A stretch of 64,000 bases of DNA from positions 10,401 to 74,400 of the forward strand of contig CACNCF010000005.1 in NCBI GenBank assembly GCA_902618795.1. The letters run 5' to 3'. How positions within the stretch are numbered: the stretch's first letter is position 1; each line of letters starts with the position of its first letter. Origin of the DNA: an uncultured Prochlorococcus sp. GTDB lineage: Bacteria > Cyanobacteriota > Cyanobacteriia > PCC-6307 > Cyanobiaceae. The notes under the pieces are model-generated. The model did not search any database and had not been told where the DNA came from. It saw only the letters and a program-made list of their open reading frames with translations. This document shows, piece by piece, positions 33,294-42,006 of the stretch. The translations under genes were made by a program, and so were the position numbers.

Positions 33294-34079
33294 TTAAATA
33301 AATAAATTTATAAAAATTTTTAATAGAGGAATTGTAATTAATGAAATTAAGGTTGTAGTAAAAAGAATTTTTGAAGCTATTTTTTGTTTCACACCATAAG
33401 CCTCTGCCATCAATATTGTTGATATTGCCGTTGGGGTTGCTGCCTGAAGAATTACTGCAGATGATTGATAGAAGTTAAAATTTAAGAATTCGCATACTAA
33501 AAAAATAATAAAGGGAAGAATAACCAACTTTAATAAAATTGAAAATTTAATTTCATCATTAAGATCCAAAATCCTCTCATTTTGATTTGTGATTATTCCA
33601 AGTCTTGTTCCTACAATTATTATTGCCAAAGCAATAACTATTCTCGCAGGAATCCAAAGATAATTGCCTAAAATTTCATCTATTTGAAAAAGATATGCGA
33701 GAAGCACACCAATGATCCCTCTTGAAGCAGGGCTATTTATCAATGCATTAAATAGTCCTTTGATGTTTGGGATGTTATTGATGTTGGATTTTTCTTGAAG
33801 AAAAAAAGGTCCAAATATCCATGCGAAAAGTGTTGTTCCTAAATCAAATCCAATAGTGAAATTTATAGTTGTTGAAGGTAGAAGAGCTAATGCAATTGGT
33901 ATTCCAAGAAATGATGTATTACCTATTAGGCCTGCTAGCTGCAATGTGTAATTTGGAAGCCTCTTTTTAAATATTGGAATTAAATTTATTAAAGTTATTA
34001 AAAATCCAATTAAGGAGAATGCTAAAAATGCACTTTTAATTAGGTTTATATCTATACCTTCCTTTAATAAAAGACCCAT
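33294..34079 (-). CDS. AEC (auxin efflux carrier) family transporter; reading frame extends upstream to about 34214
   Basis: GNTSFLGIP, LQAATPTA motifs; multi-TM. Confidence 0.88.
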   Translation of the reverse strand: MGLLLKEGIDINLIKSAFLAFSLIGFLITLINLIPIFKKRLPNYTLQLAGLIGNTSFLGIPIALALLPSTTINFTIGFDLGTTLFAWIFGPFFLQEKSNINNIPNIKGLFNALINSPASRGIIGVLLAYLFQIDEILGNYLWIPARIVIALAIIIVGTRLGIITNQNERILDLNDEIKFSILLKLVILPFIIFLVCEFLNFNFYQSSAVILQAATPTAISTILMAEAYGVKQKIASKILFTTTLISLITIPLLKIFINLFI

Positions 34080-34284
34080 TACACTTAATGGAATGCCAAA
34101 TCTTATTAGAGGTTTTGCAATATACTTTGAAATCTTTGGATTCTTTTTTCCTAGAAGAAAACCTAAGAATAAAAAAGGGATAATATTAATAAAAAGAGAG
34201 TAGATGGTATTAATTAAATATTTATTAAAGCAATATTAACTCGCCATAGTGCAGTAAAAAAGTTTTTTCTAATTCATTTAGAAA

Positions 34285-34509
34285 TTAAATTATTTTCCAA
34301 ATTGCTTTTTCAGGAATTAAAGGAGATTTATATAAATTTTCTGGTTCTTTAGTCAAAACTCTCCATGAAGGGACCCGACAAGTTACGTAAGCAGGACTTT
34401 CTATTAAAACTCCTGGTTTCTCATCAAAAGTACAAGTAAACCCCTCTTTCCAATATCCACCATCGTTAAGGCTTCCTTTAAACCAAACCCAGCATTTTGA
34501 AGTTTTCAA
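34285..34509 (-). CDS. Conserved hypothetical protein
   Basis: 74 aa Trp-rich ORF co-oriented with neighbours. Confidence 0.7.
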   Translation of the reverse strand: MKTSKCWVWFKGSLNDGGYWKEGFTCTFDEKPGVLIESPAYVTCRVPSWRVLTKEPENLYKSPLIPEKAIWKII

Positions 34510-34593
34510 GATCAGTAAATTTTTGTTCTATTTTAATCAAGATTTAATTATTAAATATAAAGAGTATAACTTTTAAAAAAAAATTTACTCAAT

Positions 34594-34851
34594 TTAGTTT
34601 TTTGAAAAATATATTTTAGAGATTAATATCAATAAATTTAAGATCAGGGTGATCAAATTTGCTATCAATATTGGTGTAGACGAAATTTTATAACCGTAAA
34701 TAATCCAAGACAAAACACCGATAATAAACATTATTAATGTTGTCAAAGAAACATCATCTGCCTTTTTTGTTTTTAAAGTTTTTATCAATTGAGGTAGAAA
34801 TGCTGCTGTTGTTAAAATCGCTGCAAAATATCCAAATATATCTACATTCAT
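34594..34851 (-). CDS. SemiSWEET/PQ-loop transporter
   Basis: Three TM helices; AFLPQLIK, DVSL, W..YG, PILIAN motifs. Confidence 0.88.
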   Translation of the reverse strand: MNVDIFGYFAAILTTAAFLPQLIKTLKTKKADDVSLTTLIMFIIGVLSWIIYGYKISSTPILIANLITLILNLLILISKIYFSKN

Positions 34852-34867
34852 AAAAATATTTTAAAAA

Positions 34868-35605
34868 CTATTCTTTAATTAAGTTAGTCAAAAATCCTAA
34901 TGGATCCCTCATATTTGATGAATATCCAAGCACATCGTTTGAAAAAAATTTATAAATAATTTGATTGTTATTATTCAAAAGAAAAGAAGCCCCTCTTTGA
35001 GGAAGGTATTCTTCATTAAGAATATAATCACTCCAATTTTGAATTATTTCATTCATATTATTTAGTCTAAATGTTGCTAATTCAAATGGTCTTAAATAAC
35101 CATCCCCGAAAACCTTTTTAAAAGAATTACCTGAAAATTTTAAAAATTTTAATACATCAATTTTGTCAACTTCTGAATAAATTTGCTTTGCTTTTCGGTC
35201 GCCAGTATAACCTCTAATAACTTCTTTAATAGTTTTAAAGGAATTTATCCCTGATAACATCAAAAGCATATTGATCCAACCGCCTAAACCAATATCTAAT
35301 CCTCTTGAGACTTTTAGATTATTATGGATTTGATTATCAGAAACTACTATTAAATTTTCTTTGTTAAAGCCAGTAAATTTACAGAATTTATCTTTCCCAC
35401 TTTGGTTCCCAATAGCAATTGCAAAAATATCTAAATTTTTATCTTGATTCTTATTGATGTAATTTTTCAAATTTATTGCATATTCAAAGCTATCAAAATC
35501 TCCTAATAAACCAAATAAAATAATTAATTTAAACTTTTTCTGCCCATTAAATTTGTATTCATCAATGATTTTATTTAGATTGTTATCAGAAGTTTTACTA
35601 TTCAT
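34868..35605 (-). CDS. AhpC/TSA-like (peroxiredoxin-like) protein
   Basis: GDFDSFEYA, RPFELATFRL.NM, LPQRGASF motifs. Confidence 0.75.
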   Translation of the reverse strand: MNSKTSDNNLNKIIDEYKFNGQKKFKLIILFGLLGDFDSFEYAINLKNYINKNQDKNLDIFAIAIGNQSGKDKFCKFTGFNKENLIVVSDNQIHNNLKVSRGLDIGLGGWINMLLMLSGINSFKTIKEVIRGYTGDRKAKQIYSEVDKIDVLKFLKFSGNSFKKVFGDGYLRPFELATFRLNNMNEIIQNWSDYILNEEYLPQRGASFLLNNNNQIIYKFFSNDVLGYSSNMRDPLGFLTNLIKE

Positions 35606-35745
35606 GCTTAAAGATTTTTGAGTAGATTATTTTTAAAAGCTTTTTCTTACCTTTATTTAGTATAAAATTTAACTTGAAAAAGTCTTTTTTGGAGAAATTT
35701 TTCGTTTGTTTGTTTCTATTATTTTAAAGAAAACAATTTAAATTT

Positions 35746-36270
35746 ATGACAGTAGGAATTTATTACGCAACTACAACTGGAAAAACTGAAGATGTCGCAG
35801 ATCGTCTTCACAACTTTATTCCTTCAGCAGAATCACCAAAAGATGTATCAGATGTTGATGATCTTTCAGAATTTGAAAATCTTGAAGGTATTATTTGTGG
35901 CCTGCCAACTTGGAATACTGGAGCGGACGAGGAGAGATCTGGAACTTCGTGGGATTCAATATTAGAAGATATAGGCAAACTAAATTTATCAGGAAAAAAA
36001 GTAGCAATTTTTGGTTTAGGAGATTCTTCTACCTATACTGAAAATTATTGTGATGCAATGGAAGAACTTCATAGCTACTTCACAAAAGCAGGCGCTGAAA
36101 TGGTCGGTTACGTAGATAAATCTTCTTATACATTTGATGAATCTAAAAGTGTTATAGGGGAAAGCTTTTGTGGATTACCTCTTGATGAGGATAGTGAATC
36201 TGATTTGACCGATTCGCGTCTTGAGGCATGGGCTTCTCAGCTTAAAGGTGAAATCCCCTCTTTGGCTTAA
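35746..36270 (+). CDS. isiB: Flavodoxin
   Basis: YATTTGKT, PTWNTG, FGLGD, GLPLDED motifs. Confidence 0.95.
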   Translation: MTVGIYYATTTGKTEDVADRLHNFIPSAESPKDVSDVDDLSEFENLEGIICGLPTWNTGADEERSGTSWDSILEDIGKLNLSGKKVAIFGLGDSSTYTENYCDAMEELHSYFTKAGAEMVGYVDKSSYTFDESKSVIGESFCGLPLDEDSESDLTDSRLEAWASQLKGEIPSLA

Positions 36271-36374
36271 ATTTTTGACAAAAAACCTAAAAAAATAGTC
36301 AATTTAATAAATTAAAACTTTCTATCCCAATTAGAGATGCCTTTTTGTATGATTGCTTGTAAATCTTAAAAATA

Positions 36375-37028
36375 ATGAAAAATTTAAAAGAACAGAGTTG
36401 CAAAGATATTTTTAAAAATGCTTATGAAAAAAGATATACATGGAATACTGATTTCAAAGGCTATAAAGGCAAGTGTACTTATTTATTTGAAGATAATTCT
36501 TATGAGGGTGAGTTCTTATTAGGTGAAGACTTTAAACCTGAGATTAAAAATATAGATGAAGAAAACATAAAGAAAAGTATTGCTTCTCAATTGTTTGAAG
36601 TGTGTATTCACAGGGTAAAAAGAGAATTTAATTCAGTTCATTCAGAAAATAATTTTAATTTACTTAAAAGTTCTGAAAATGGGATTGAAATGAATGTTTC
36701 TGGGAGAAATGAAGGAGATAAGTATAGGGTTAAAGATGATTGTATTAATATGGTTTATAGAAAAATTCATGGAACAATTATTGAGATTTTTGTTGAGGAA
36801 TTTTTTGATACTGGAGTTGGTTTTCTTAGTAAGAAATATACTAGTCAACAAATTAATCCAAAAACCCTAGAATCAAATTCTCAAAAAATTGAATACAAAG
36901 ATGAATTTATAAATATAGGTAAAAAAGATTATTGGATTTTAAATTCGAGATCAATAAAATATTTAAACCAAAATCAAGAAGAAGAAATACAAAAGTTTGT
37001 TTTCGAGGATTTAAGTTTATTGAAATAA
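36375..37028 (+). CDS. DUF3386-family protein
   Basis: AYEKRYTW..DF.GY, EVCIHRVKR.F motifs. Confidence 0.8.
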   Translation: MKNLKEQSCKDIFKNAYEKRYTWNTDFKGYKGKCTYLFEDNSYEGEFLLGEDFKPEIKNIDEENIKKSIASQLFEVCIHRVKREFNSVHSENNFNLLKSSENGIEMNVSGRNEGDKYRVKDDCINMVYRKIHGTIIEIFVEEFFDTGVGFLSKKYTSQQINPKTLESNSQKIEYKDEFINIGKKDYWILNSRSIKYLNQNQEEEIQKFVFEDLSLLK

Positions 37029-37033
37029 GTTTT

Positions 37034-37279
37034 TTATTCAACCAATCTAAATCCTTTATCAAGTAGTTTTTGATAAAGAAGTCTTGCTCTGAAGGCTAAA
37101 ATTTGTTCTTCATTTTCATTACTAATTACATGAAAATAATTATTGTCTAATTTGTTTTTGCTAAAACACACGTTTGCTTCACCTAATCTTAAAGTCCAGT
37201 TTTCTTCTTTAGCTAAGTGTTGATTAGGTCCTAGATCCCAAGGGCATTTTTCAGGATATTTTTCTCTTTTAGAGCCCAT
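37034..37279 (-). CDS. Hypothetical protein
   Basis: 81 aa ATG ORF filling the intergenic gap. Confidence 0.55.
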   Translation of the reverse strand: MGSKREKYPEKCPWDLGPNQHLAKEENWTLRLGEANVCFSKNKLDNNYFHVISNENEEQILAFRARLLYQKLLDKGFRLVE

Positions 37280-37375
37280 ATTTTTAATATTATCTATCCA
37301 ATATTAGTAAAAATTTAAAAGTATGGCTATAGATCTTTGTTCAAAGCTTTATCTGAAATGCAGTAAAGGTATTAT

Positions 37376-38014
37376 TTACTTTTTACTTGCAATCAAGCAA
37401 TAAAATGGGTCTTTACTAAAAAAATTGAAGATATTTTGGACTGGTTCATTAAACTTTTTAATTATTCTTGGCTCATTAAATCCGTTTGATATTAAGACTT
37501 TTCTTACATATTTAATTCTCTCTTCTTCAGTGGATGAAGTCCAAATGTTGGGAGCCTTATGCCAAAATGCTCTATTTGAAAAAGATATTATAAACTTGCC
37601 ATCATTACTCAAAATTCTTACGATTTCTCTAGATAAATTTTCTGGGTATTGTAAATATTGCCAAGCTGCGACCATTAAACAGAAATCAACACTTTCATTA
37701 CCTAAAGGAATTTCTTGATTTAAATTGAAATTTTGTATCCAATAAGTATCAAAAATTTTATTTTTCTCAAGTTCTTGTTTGTTTAATCCATGCCCAATAA
37801 CTTTTTTATATTTTTTCTCTTGAGGTAAGTAACTATCCCAGCTGGACATTAAATCTAGGACAGTTGAATTGTCTGAAATTTCTTTTTTATAAACATTTGA
37901 TAGATATTGCCTGAAGTTCGCATCTAAATGATAAACAAATTTTGGGTCAGAATAAAATTCTTCATCATTGCTCTCATCAAGTTTTTTTCTTTGATAATTA
38001 TTTAGAACTTCCAA
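37376..38014 (-). CDS. Class I SAM-dependent methyltransferase
   Basis: VLDLMSSW, GHGLN, SFSNR.F.KA motifs. Confidence 0.88.
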   Translation of the reverse strand: MEVLNNYQRKKLDESNDEEFYSDPKFVYHLDANFRQYLSNVYKKEISDNSTVLDLMSSWDSYLPQEKKYKKVIGHGLNKQELEKNKIFDTYWIQNFNLNQEIPLGNESVDFCLMVAAWQYLQYPENLSREIVRILSNDGKFIISFSNRAFWHKAPNIWTSSTEEERIKYVRKVLISNGFNEPRIIKKFNEPVQNIFNFFSKDPFYCLIASKK

Positions 38015-38166
38015 AACGATTATTAAGTGATCTAATTCAAATTTAATAAATAGTTATTCATATTGTGATTCAGAAATATATTTTGCATTTAATTAATTAA
38101 AGATTTTTAAAAAAGCTAGACATCTATTAAAAAAAAGTTAAATTAATAATTAATAATTTTGTAAAA

Positions 38167-38337
38167 ATGATTGAATTCAAAAGGAGCAAAAAAAGTAGAT
38201 CTAAAAATGCCCTTTTCAATCCCTATAAAAACGGAATAAGTCAATACGATATGGCATATCTTTCATCAAAAAAAGTTTTAAAAAATAAAACTTTTAATCT
38301 ACAAAATGATTTTCAAAAAGATAATTTAGCTGCATAA
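38167..38337 (+). CDS. Small basic protein (56 aa) ending in -LAA
   Basis: Not in ORF track; MIEFKRSKKSRSKNALFNPYKNG...KDNLAA*; stop lies 2 nt before the next ATG. Confidence 0.55.
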   Translation: MIEFKRSKKSRSKNALFNPYKNGISQYDMAYLSSKKVLKNKTFNLQNDFQKDNLAA

Positions 38338-38339
38338 AT

Positions 38340-38672
38340 ATGCCTTATATTAATGTTTCTACTTCAGCAAAAATAGAGGATAAGAAGAAATTACTTGAAG
38401 AAATTTCAATATTAGTCGCGTCTTTAACAAATAAATCAAAAAGATTTGTTATGGCTAAGTTAGATGATAATTTAGAAATGTATTTTGATGATGAAAGACC
38501 TTGTTGTTTTTTAGAAATTAAGTCGATAGGCTCTTTAAATCCTTCAGAGATGGCAAAGCAAATATCTAATTTTGTTTATGAAAAAATTGGAATTCCAATA
38601 GATAAAATTTATATTTCTTTCGAGGATGTGCCCGCTTCATTATGGGCTTGGAATGGAAGAACCTTTGGTTAA
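38340..38672 (+). CDS. MIF/phenylpyruvate tautomerase family protein
   Basis: Catalytic Pro after Met (MPYI), KSIG, WAWNGRTF motifs. Confidence 0.9.
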   Translation: MPYINVSTSAKIEDKKKLLEEISILVASLTNKSKRFVMAKLDDNLEMYFDDERPCCFLEIKSIGSLNPSEMAKQISNFVYEKIGIPIDKIYISFEDVPASLWAWNGRTFG

Positions 38673-38699
38673 TAATTTATTATTTTAGGTACTAATTTA

Positions 38700-39089
38700 A
38701 TGGAAATAAATAAATTAGCTGATTTAAACAGTCTTAGAACTGCTCCTCATTTAAGCAGTAGTCAAGAAAAAAAACTATTAATAGAATTAGAAACTAATAT
38801 TTATAATGCCGATTGGATAACAATAGGAATAATGGCAGCTTCTGATACCAAAGCTATTGAAGCACTGAAATCAATTTCTAATAAATATTCCTCAATAAAA
38901 TTTGGTAATTTAGATTCGCTTCATGCTGATGGATATGTTTTTTTAAAAGGCAACCAAAAAACTGGTAATGTTTTTGTTAGATCTGAGAATGGTCTGGGAG
39001 AAGGAATTTTAATAACTTGCCAATATGATGAAGATGCAGAAGAATCTAATACTTTTGGACCTTTGCCATTAGATTTTTTTCATGATTAA
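38700..39089 (+). CDS. DUF1824-family protein
   Basis: W.TIGIMA, VFLKGNQKTG, TFGPLPLDFF motifs. Confidence 0.8.
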   Translation: MEINKLADLNSLRTAPHLSSSQEKKLLIELETNIYNADWITIGIMAASDTKAIEALKSISNKYSSIKFGNLDSLHADGYVFLKGNQKTGNVFVRSENGLGEGILITCQYDEDAEESNTFGPLPLDFFHD

Positions 39090-39237
39090 TTTCTAATTTA
39101 TGTTTATATTGGATTAAGTTTTATGCTATCCAAATACCAGATAATGCTTCTCAGAAATTAGAGTTAAAAATATTTTTTGTTTTAAGTTTTGTTATTATGT
39201 TTAATGGCATTGATCTAAATTCTAAACTTCTTAAAAT

Positions 39238-40107
39238 TTGATGTTTTTTCAGGATATAATTCAAAATTTAAATAATTTTTGGTCCAAAGAGGGTTGTTTA
39301 ATTATGCAGCCATATGATACTGAAAAGGGTGCTGGTACAATGAGTCCTCATACTTTTTTGAGGGCAATTGGACCCGAACCTTGGTCTGTTGCATATGCTG
39401 AGCCATGTAGAAGACCCACAGACGGAAGATTTGGTGATAACCCTAATCGTGCACAACATTATTTTCAATATCAAGTAATAATTAAGCCTTCCCCAGATGG
39501 GATCCAAGAAAAATATTTGAAATCTCTGGAATCTCTTGGAATAGAGGCTAAAAATCATGACATAAGATTTGTTGAAGATAATTGGGAGTCGCCAACTCTT
39601 GGAGCTTGGGGCGTAGGTTGGGAAGTATGGCTAGACGGAATGGAAGTTACTCAATTCACTTATTTTCAACAATGCGGGGGAGTTGATTGTCAACCAATAC
39701 CAATTGAAATTACATACGGTTTAGAGAGAATTGCAATGTTTTTGCAGGATAAAGAAAGTATCTGGGACTTAAATTGGAATAAAGATCTGAAATACAGCGA
39801 TATTTGGCTTGAATTTGAAAAAGGTCAATGTTCATATAATTTCTCTGAATCAAATCCTGAAAATCTCAGAAAATTATTTGAGATATATCAAGATGAAGCA
39901 AATTCATTAATTGAAAAGAAGCTAACTTACCCAGCGCTGGATTATGTTTTAAAGTGTAGTCATAGCTTTAATTTGCTTGATGCTAGAGGCGTAATATCAG
40001 TAACTGATCGTGCCCAGTATATAGAAAAAATCAGAAAGTTAGCTAGAGAAGTCGCGTCTTCATGGATACTAGAGAGGGAACGCATGGGCTTTCCCTTAGT
40101 AAAGTAA
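39238..40107 (+). CDS. glyQ: Glycine--tRNA ligase alpha subunit
   Basis: [30 protein letters not shown] motifs. Confidence 0.97.
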   Translation: MMFFQDIIQNLNNFWSKEGCLIMQPYDTEKGAGTMSPHTFLRAIGPEPWSVAYAEPCRRPTDGRFGDNPNRAQHYFQYQVIIKPSPDGIQEKYLKSLESLGIEAKNHDIRFVEDNWESPTLGAWGVGWEVWLDGMEVTQFTYFQQCGGVDCQPIPIEITYGLERIAMFLQDKESIWDLNWNKDLKYSDIWLEFEKGQCSYNFSESNPENLRKLFEIYQDEANSLIEKKLTYPALDYVLKCSHSFNLLDARGVISVTDRAQYIEKIRKLAREVASSWILERERMGFPLVK

Positions 40108-40239
40108 GATTTATATCTCGAAAGTATCAGAATGTTATTTCCTAAGGTAAAGAAATATACATGACAATGTGATTTTTTATTTTTGGATTATTTCTACCAA
40201 ATTTTTGTTGTAAGGTAACAAAAATAACAATTTTAATAA

Positions 40240-41268
40240 ATGAAATTAAAGAATTATTTAAAAAAGCTATTTTTTACTTCAGTGACATTATCGCTACTTC
40301 TAAATAATCAACCTGTAAATTCTGCAGAGAAAGAGGTTAGGTTATTTTCTGGTAGACATTACAATACAGATAAAGAGGTTTATCAAAAATTTCAAGAACA
40401 AACTGGCATCAAAGTTAGATATATAGAAACAGATGGAAAAGCTATAATTGAGCGCTTAAAAAGAGAGGGTAAAAATTCTCAGGCTGATTTAGTAATTCTT
40501 GTTGATGCAGCAAGAATTGAAAATGCATCAAAGGCAAATTTATTTCAAAAAATTAATTCAAATATTCTAGAAAATAGTGTTCCAAATAATTTAAGAGATC
40601 CTAGAAATAAATGGTTTGGCCTTACTAGGCGATTAAGGGTAATCATCACAAATCCGGATATTGTGGATATTACAAAAATCAAAAATTTTGAGGATCTAAC
40701 CAATCCTTCTTTTAAAGGAAAAGTATGTCTAAGAAATAGAAAAAGTCCTTATAATCAATCTTTGGTTTCTAATCAAATAGCAAAGAAAGGCGTTGGCCAA
40801 ACAAAAATTTGGCTTAAGGGTTTGATATCAAATGTCTCCACTCCCTATTTTTCTGGAGATTCTTCATTAATAAGAGCTGTAGGGCAGGGAACGTGCGGTA
40901 TTGGAATCGTTAATCATTACTATGTCGCAAGGATGCTTGATGGAGTTAAAGGCCCAAGAGATGCTTCTTTAGCAGAAAAAATAAAATTAATAATACCCAA
41001 TCCTGCGCATGTAAATATAACTGCTGGGGGCGTATATAAATATGCAGAAAACAAGACTGAGGCTATTAAACTTCTTGAATATTTAGCTTCTAGTGAAGGT
41101 AGTCAAGGTTTAGCTAATAAAACTTATGAGCACCCTTTAAAGGAATCAAGTCAAAATAGAATTGTTAGTAAATTTGGAGATTTCACTCCAGATAATGTGA
41201 CTATAAAAGAAATTGGCAAATTCAATAGTAAGGCAATAGAAATAATGAAAGAAACTGGTTGGAATTAA
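40240..41268 (+). CDS. futA: Fe(III) ABC transporter substrate-binding protein (FutA/IdiA)
   Basis: SGRHY, YNQSL, IVNHYY iron-ligand motifs; signal peptide. Confidence 0.93.
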   Translation: MKLKNYLKKLFFTSVTLSLLLNNQPVNSAEKEVRLFSGRHYNTDKEVYQKFQEQTGIKVRYIETDGKAIIERLKREGKNSQADLVILVDAARIENASKANLFQKINSNILENSVPNNLRDPRNKWFGLTRRLRVIITNPDIVDITKIKNFEDLTNPSFKGKVCLRNRKSPYNQSLVSNQIAKKGVGQTKIWLKGLISNVSTPYFSGDSSLIRAVGQGTCGIGIVNHYYVARMLDGVKGPRDASLAEKIKLIIPNPAHVNITAGGVYKYAENKTEAIKLLEYLASSEGSQGLANKTYEHPLKESSQNRIVSKFGDFTPDNVTIKEIGKFNSKAIEIMKETGWN

Positions 41269-41322
41269 CAAAAATCTAAATATATTTTTAGTATAAATTT
41301 TTTAATTTATATTTTAAATATG

Positions 41323-41407
41323 GGAGAGGTGGCTGAGTGGTCGAAAGCGAACGACTCGAAATCGTTTAATAGGTAACTATTCGTGGGTTCGAATCCCACC
41401 CTCTCCG
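41323..41407 (+). tRNA. tRNA-Ser(CGA)
   Basis: GGAGAGG/CCTCTCC acceptor stem, AACGA-CTCGAAA-TCGTT anticodon arm, long variable arm, GGTTCGAATCC. Confidence 0.97.
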
Positions 41408-41610
41408 TTTAATAATCTTCCTGTAAAGTGCTATGTGGGCAATAATGTAGTCAAAATCGGTTTTTAAAGAAGTTGCTTGTCCTATATAGTCCAATATTTA
41501 CCAGTGTATGCCTGAATGTGTTGGTGGATATGTCCTTAACCACTCAAAAATAAGTCCTATATATTCCAGTATCTGCCTATTTTGCTTGAGATGTAATTTC
41601 ACCCTCTCCG
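41408..41610. mobile_element. Gene-less integrative-element relic 1 (203 bp core to core)
   Basis: Bounded by CACCCTCTCCG at 41397 and 41600; 12-bp-spaced pair ATGTGGGCAATA/ATGTAGTCAAAA; 10-bp-phased CC repeats. Confidence 0.65.
41600..41610 (+). repeat. Second copy of tRNA-Ser 3' end (att core)
   Basis: CACCCTCTCCG identical to 41397-41407; match extends to 14/16 with AAT at 41595. Confidence 0.85.
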
Positions 41611-41871
41611 GATTTTTTTAGTGTCTGACAATGTCAGAGGTATTCTGTCAGTGTCAAAATCTTTGTAAATACTTGCAATAACAATAATTATTGTATTTTC
41701 TTCTTAAAAACAGTGTCTCATAATGTCAGGTGAATTCAGACAATGTCAGACCTTTTTTCTCTAAAAGTGTTGGGGGAAATGTTGGGGGAATTTGAACGTT
41801 TTGCAAATATATCAGTATCAGCAAGTGTCTGAGAGTGTCTAGTGAATTCATCTCAACTAACACCCTCTCCG
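41611..41871. mobile_element. Gene-less integrative-element relic 2 (261 bp core to core)
   Basis: Bounded by cores at 41600 and 41861; TGTTGGGGGAA x2; three clusters of 10-bp-phased RTGTCW repeats. Confidence 0.7.
41768..41790 (+). repeat. Direct repeat TGTTGGGGGAA x2 (arm-type site candidate)
   Basis: Exact 11-mers at 41768 and 41780, 12-bp period. Confidence 0.85.
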
Positions 41872-41873
41872 TT
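41861..41873 (+). repeat. Third copy of tRNA-Ser 3' end (att core)
   Basis: CACCCTCTCCGTT identical to 41397-41409. Confidence 0.9.
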
Positions 41874-41896
41874 AATTTATCGTTTCTGGAAGTCCC

Positions 41897-41931
41897 AATA
41901 ATAAAATAAGAGGGCATTTATTTGCCCTCTT
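41897..41931 (-). terminator. Rho-independent terminator
   Basis: AAGAGGGCA-N6-TGCCCTCTT perfect stem; T-rich tail on minus strand. Confidence 0.75.
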
Positions 41932-42006
41932 CGAGTCTTATGCACCTCGCTGTCCACAAAGTCGATGAAGTGCTTTTGACTCCTGAATTATTTCTACTCC
42001 TACTTA
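41897..42006 (-). ncRNA. Candidate structured small RNA (~110 nt)
   Basis: Possible -10 TATCTT (42014-42019), GAGUC/GACUC and GCACUUC/GAGGUGC stems, then terminator; no ORF seen. Confidence 0.5.

Noticed and set aside
38340-38672. MIF homolog as eukaryote-derived novelty
   Set aside because: MIF-family tautomerases are already described in Prochlorococcus.
41677-41695. Fur-box-like AATAACAATAATTATTGTA near futA
   Set aside because: Only 13/19 match in very AT-rich DNA, and it lies downstream of futA inside the relic unit.
41397-41873. CRISPR array interpretation of the repeated 11-13-mer
   Set aside because: Repeats are too short, spacers are over 190 bp, the repeat is the tRNA 3' end, and no cas genes are present.
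41726-41917. 63 aa minus-strand ORF
   Set aside because: Crosses the att core and repeat blocks; no recognisable motif; likely chance.
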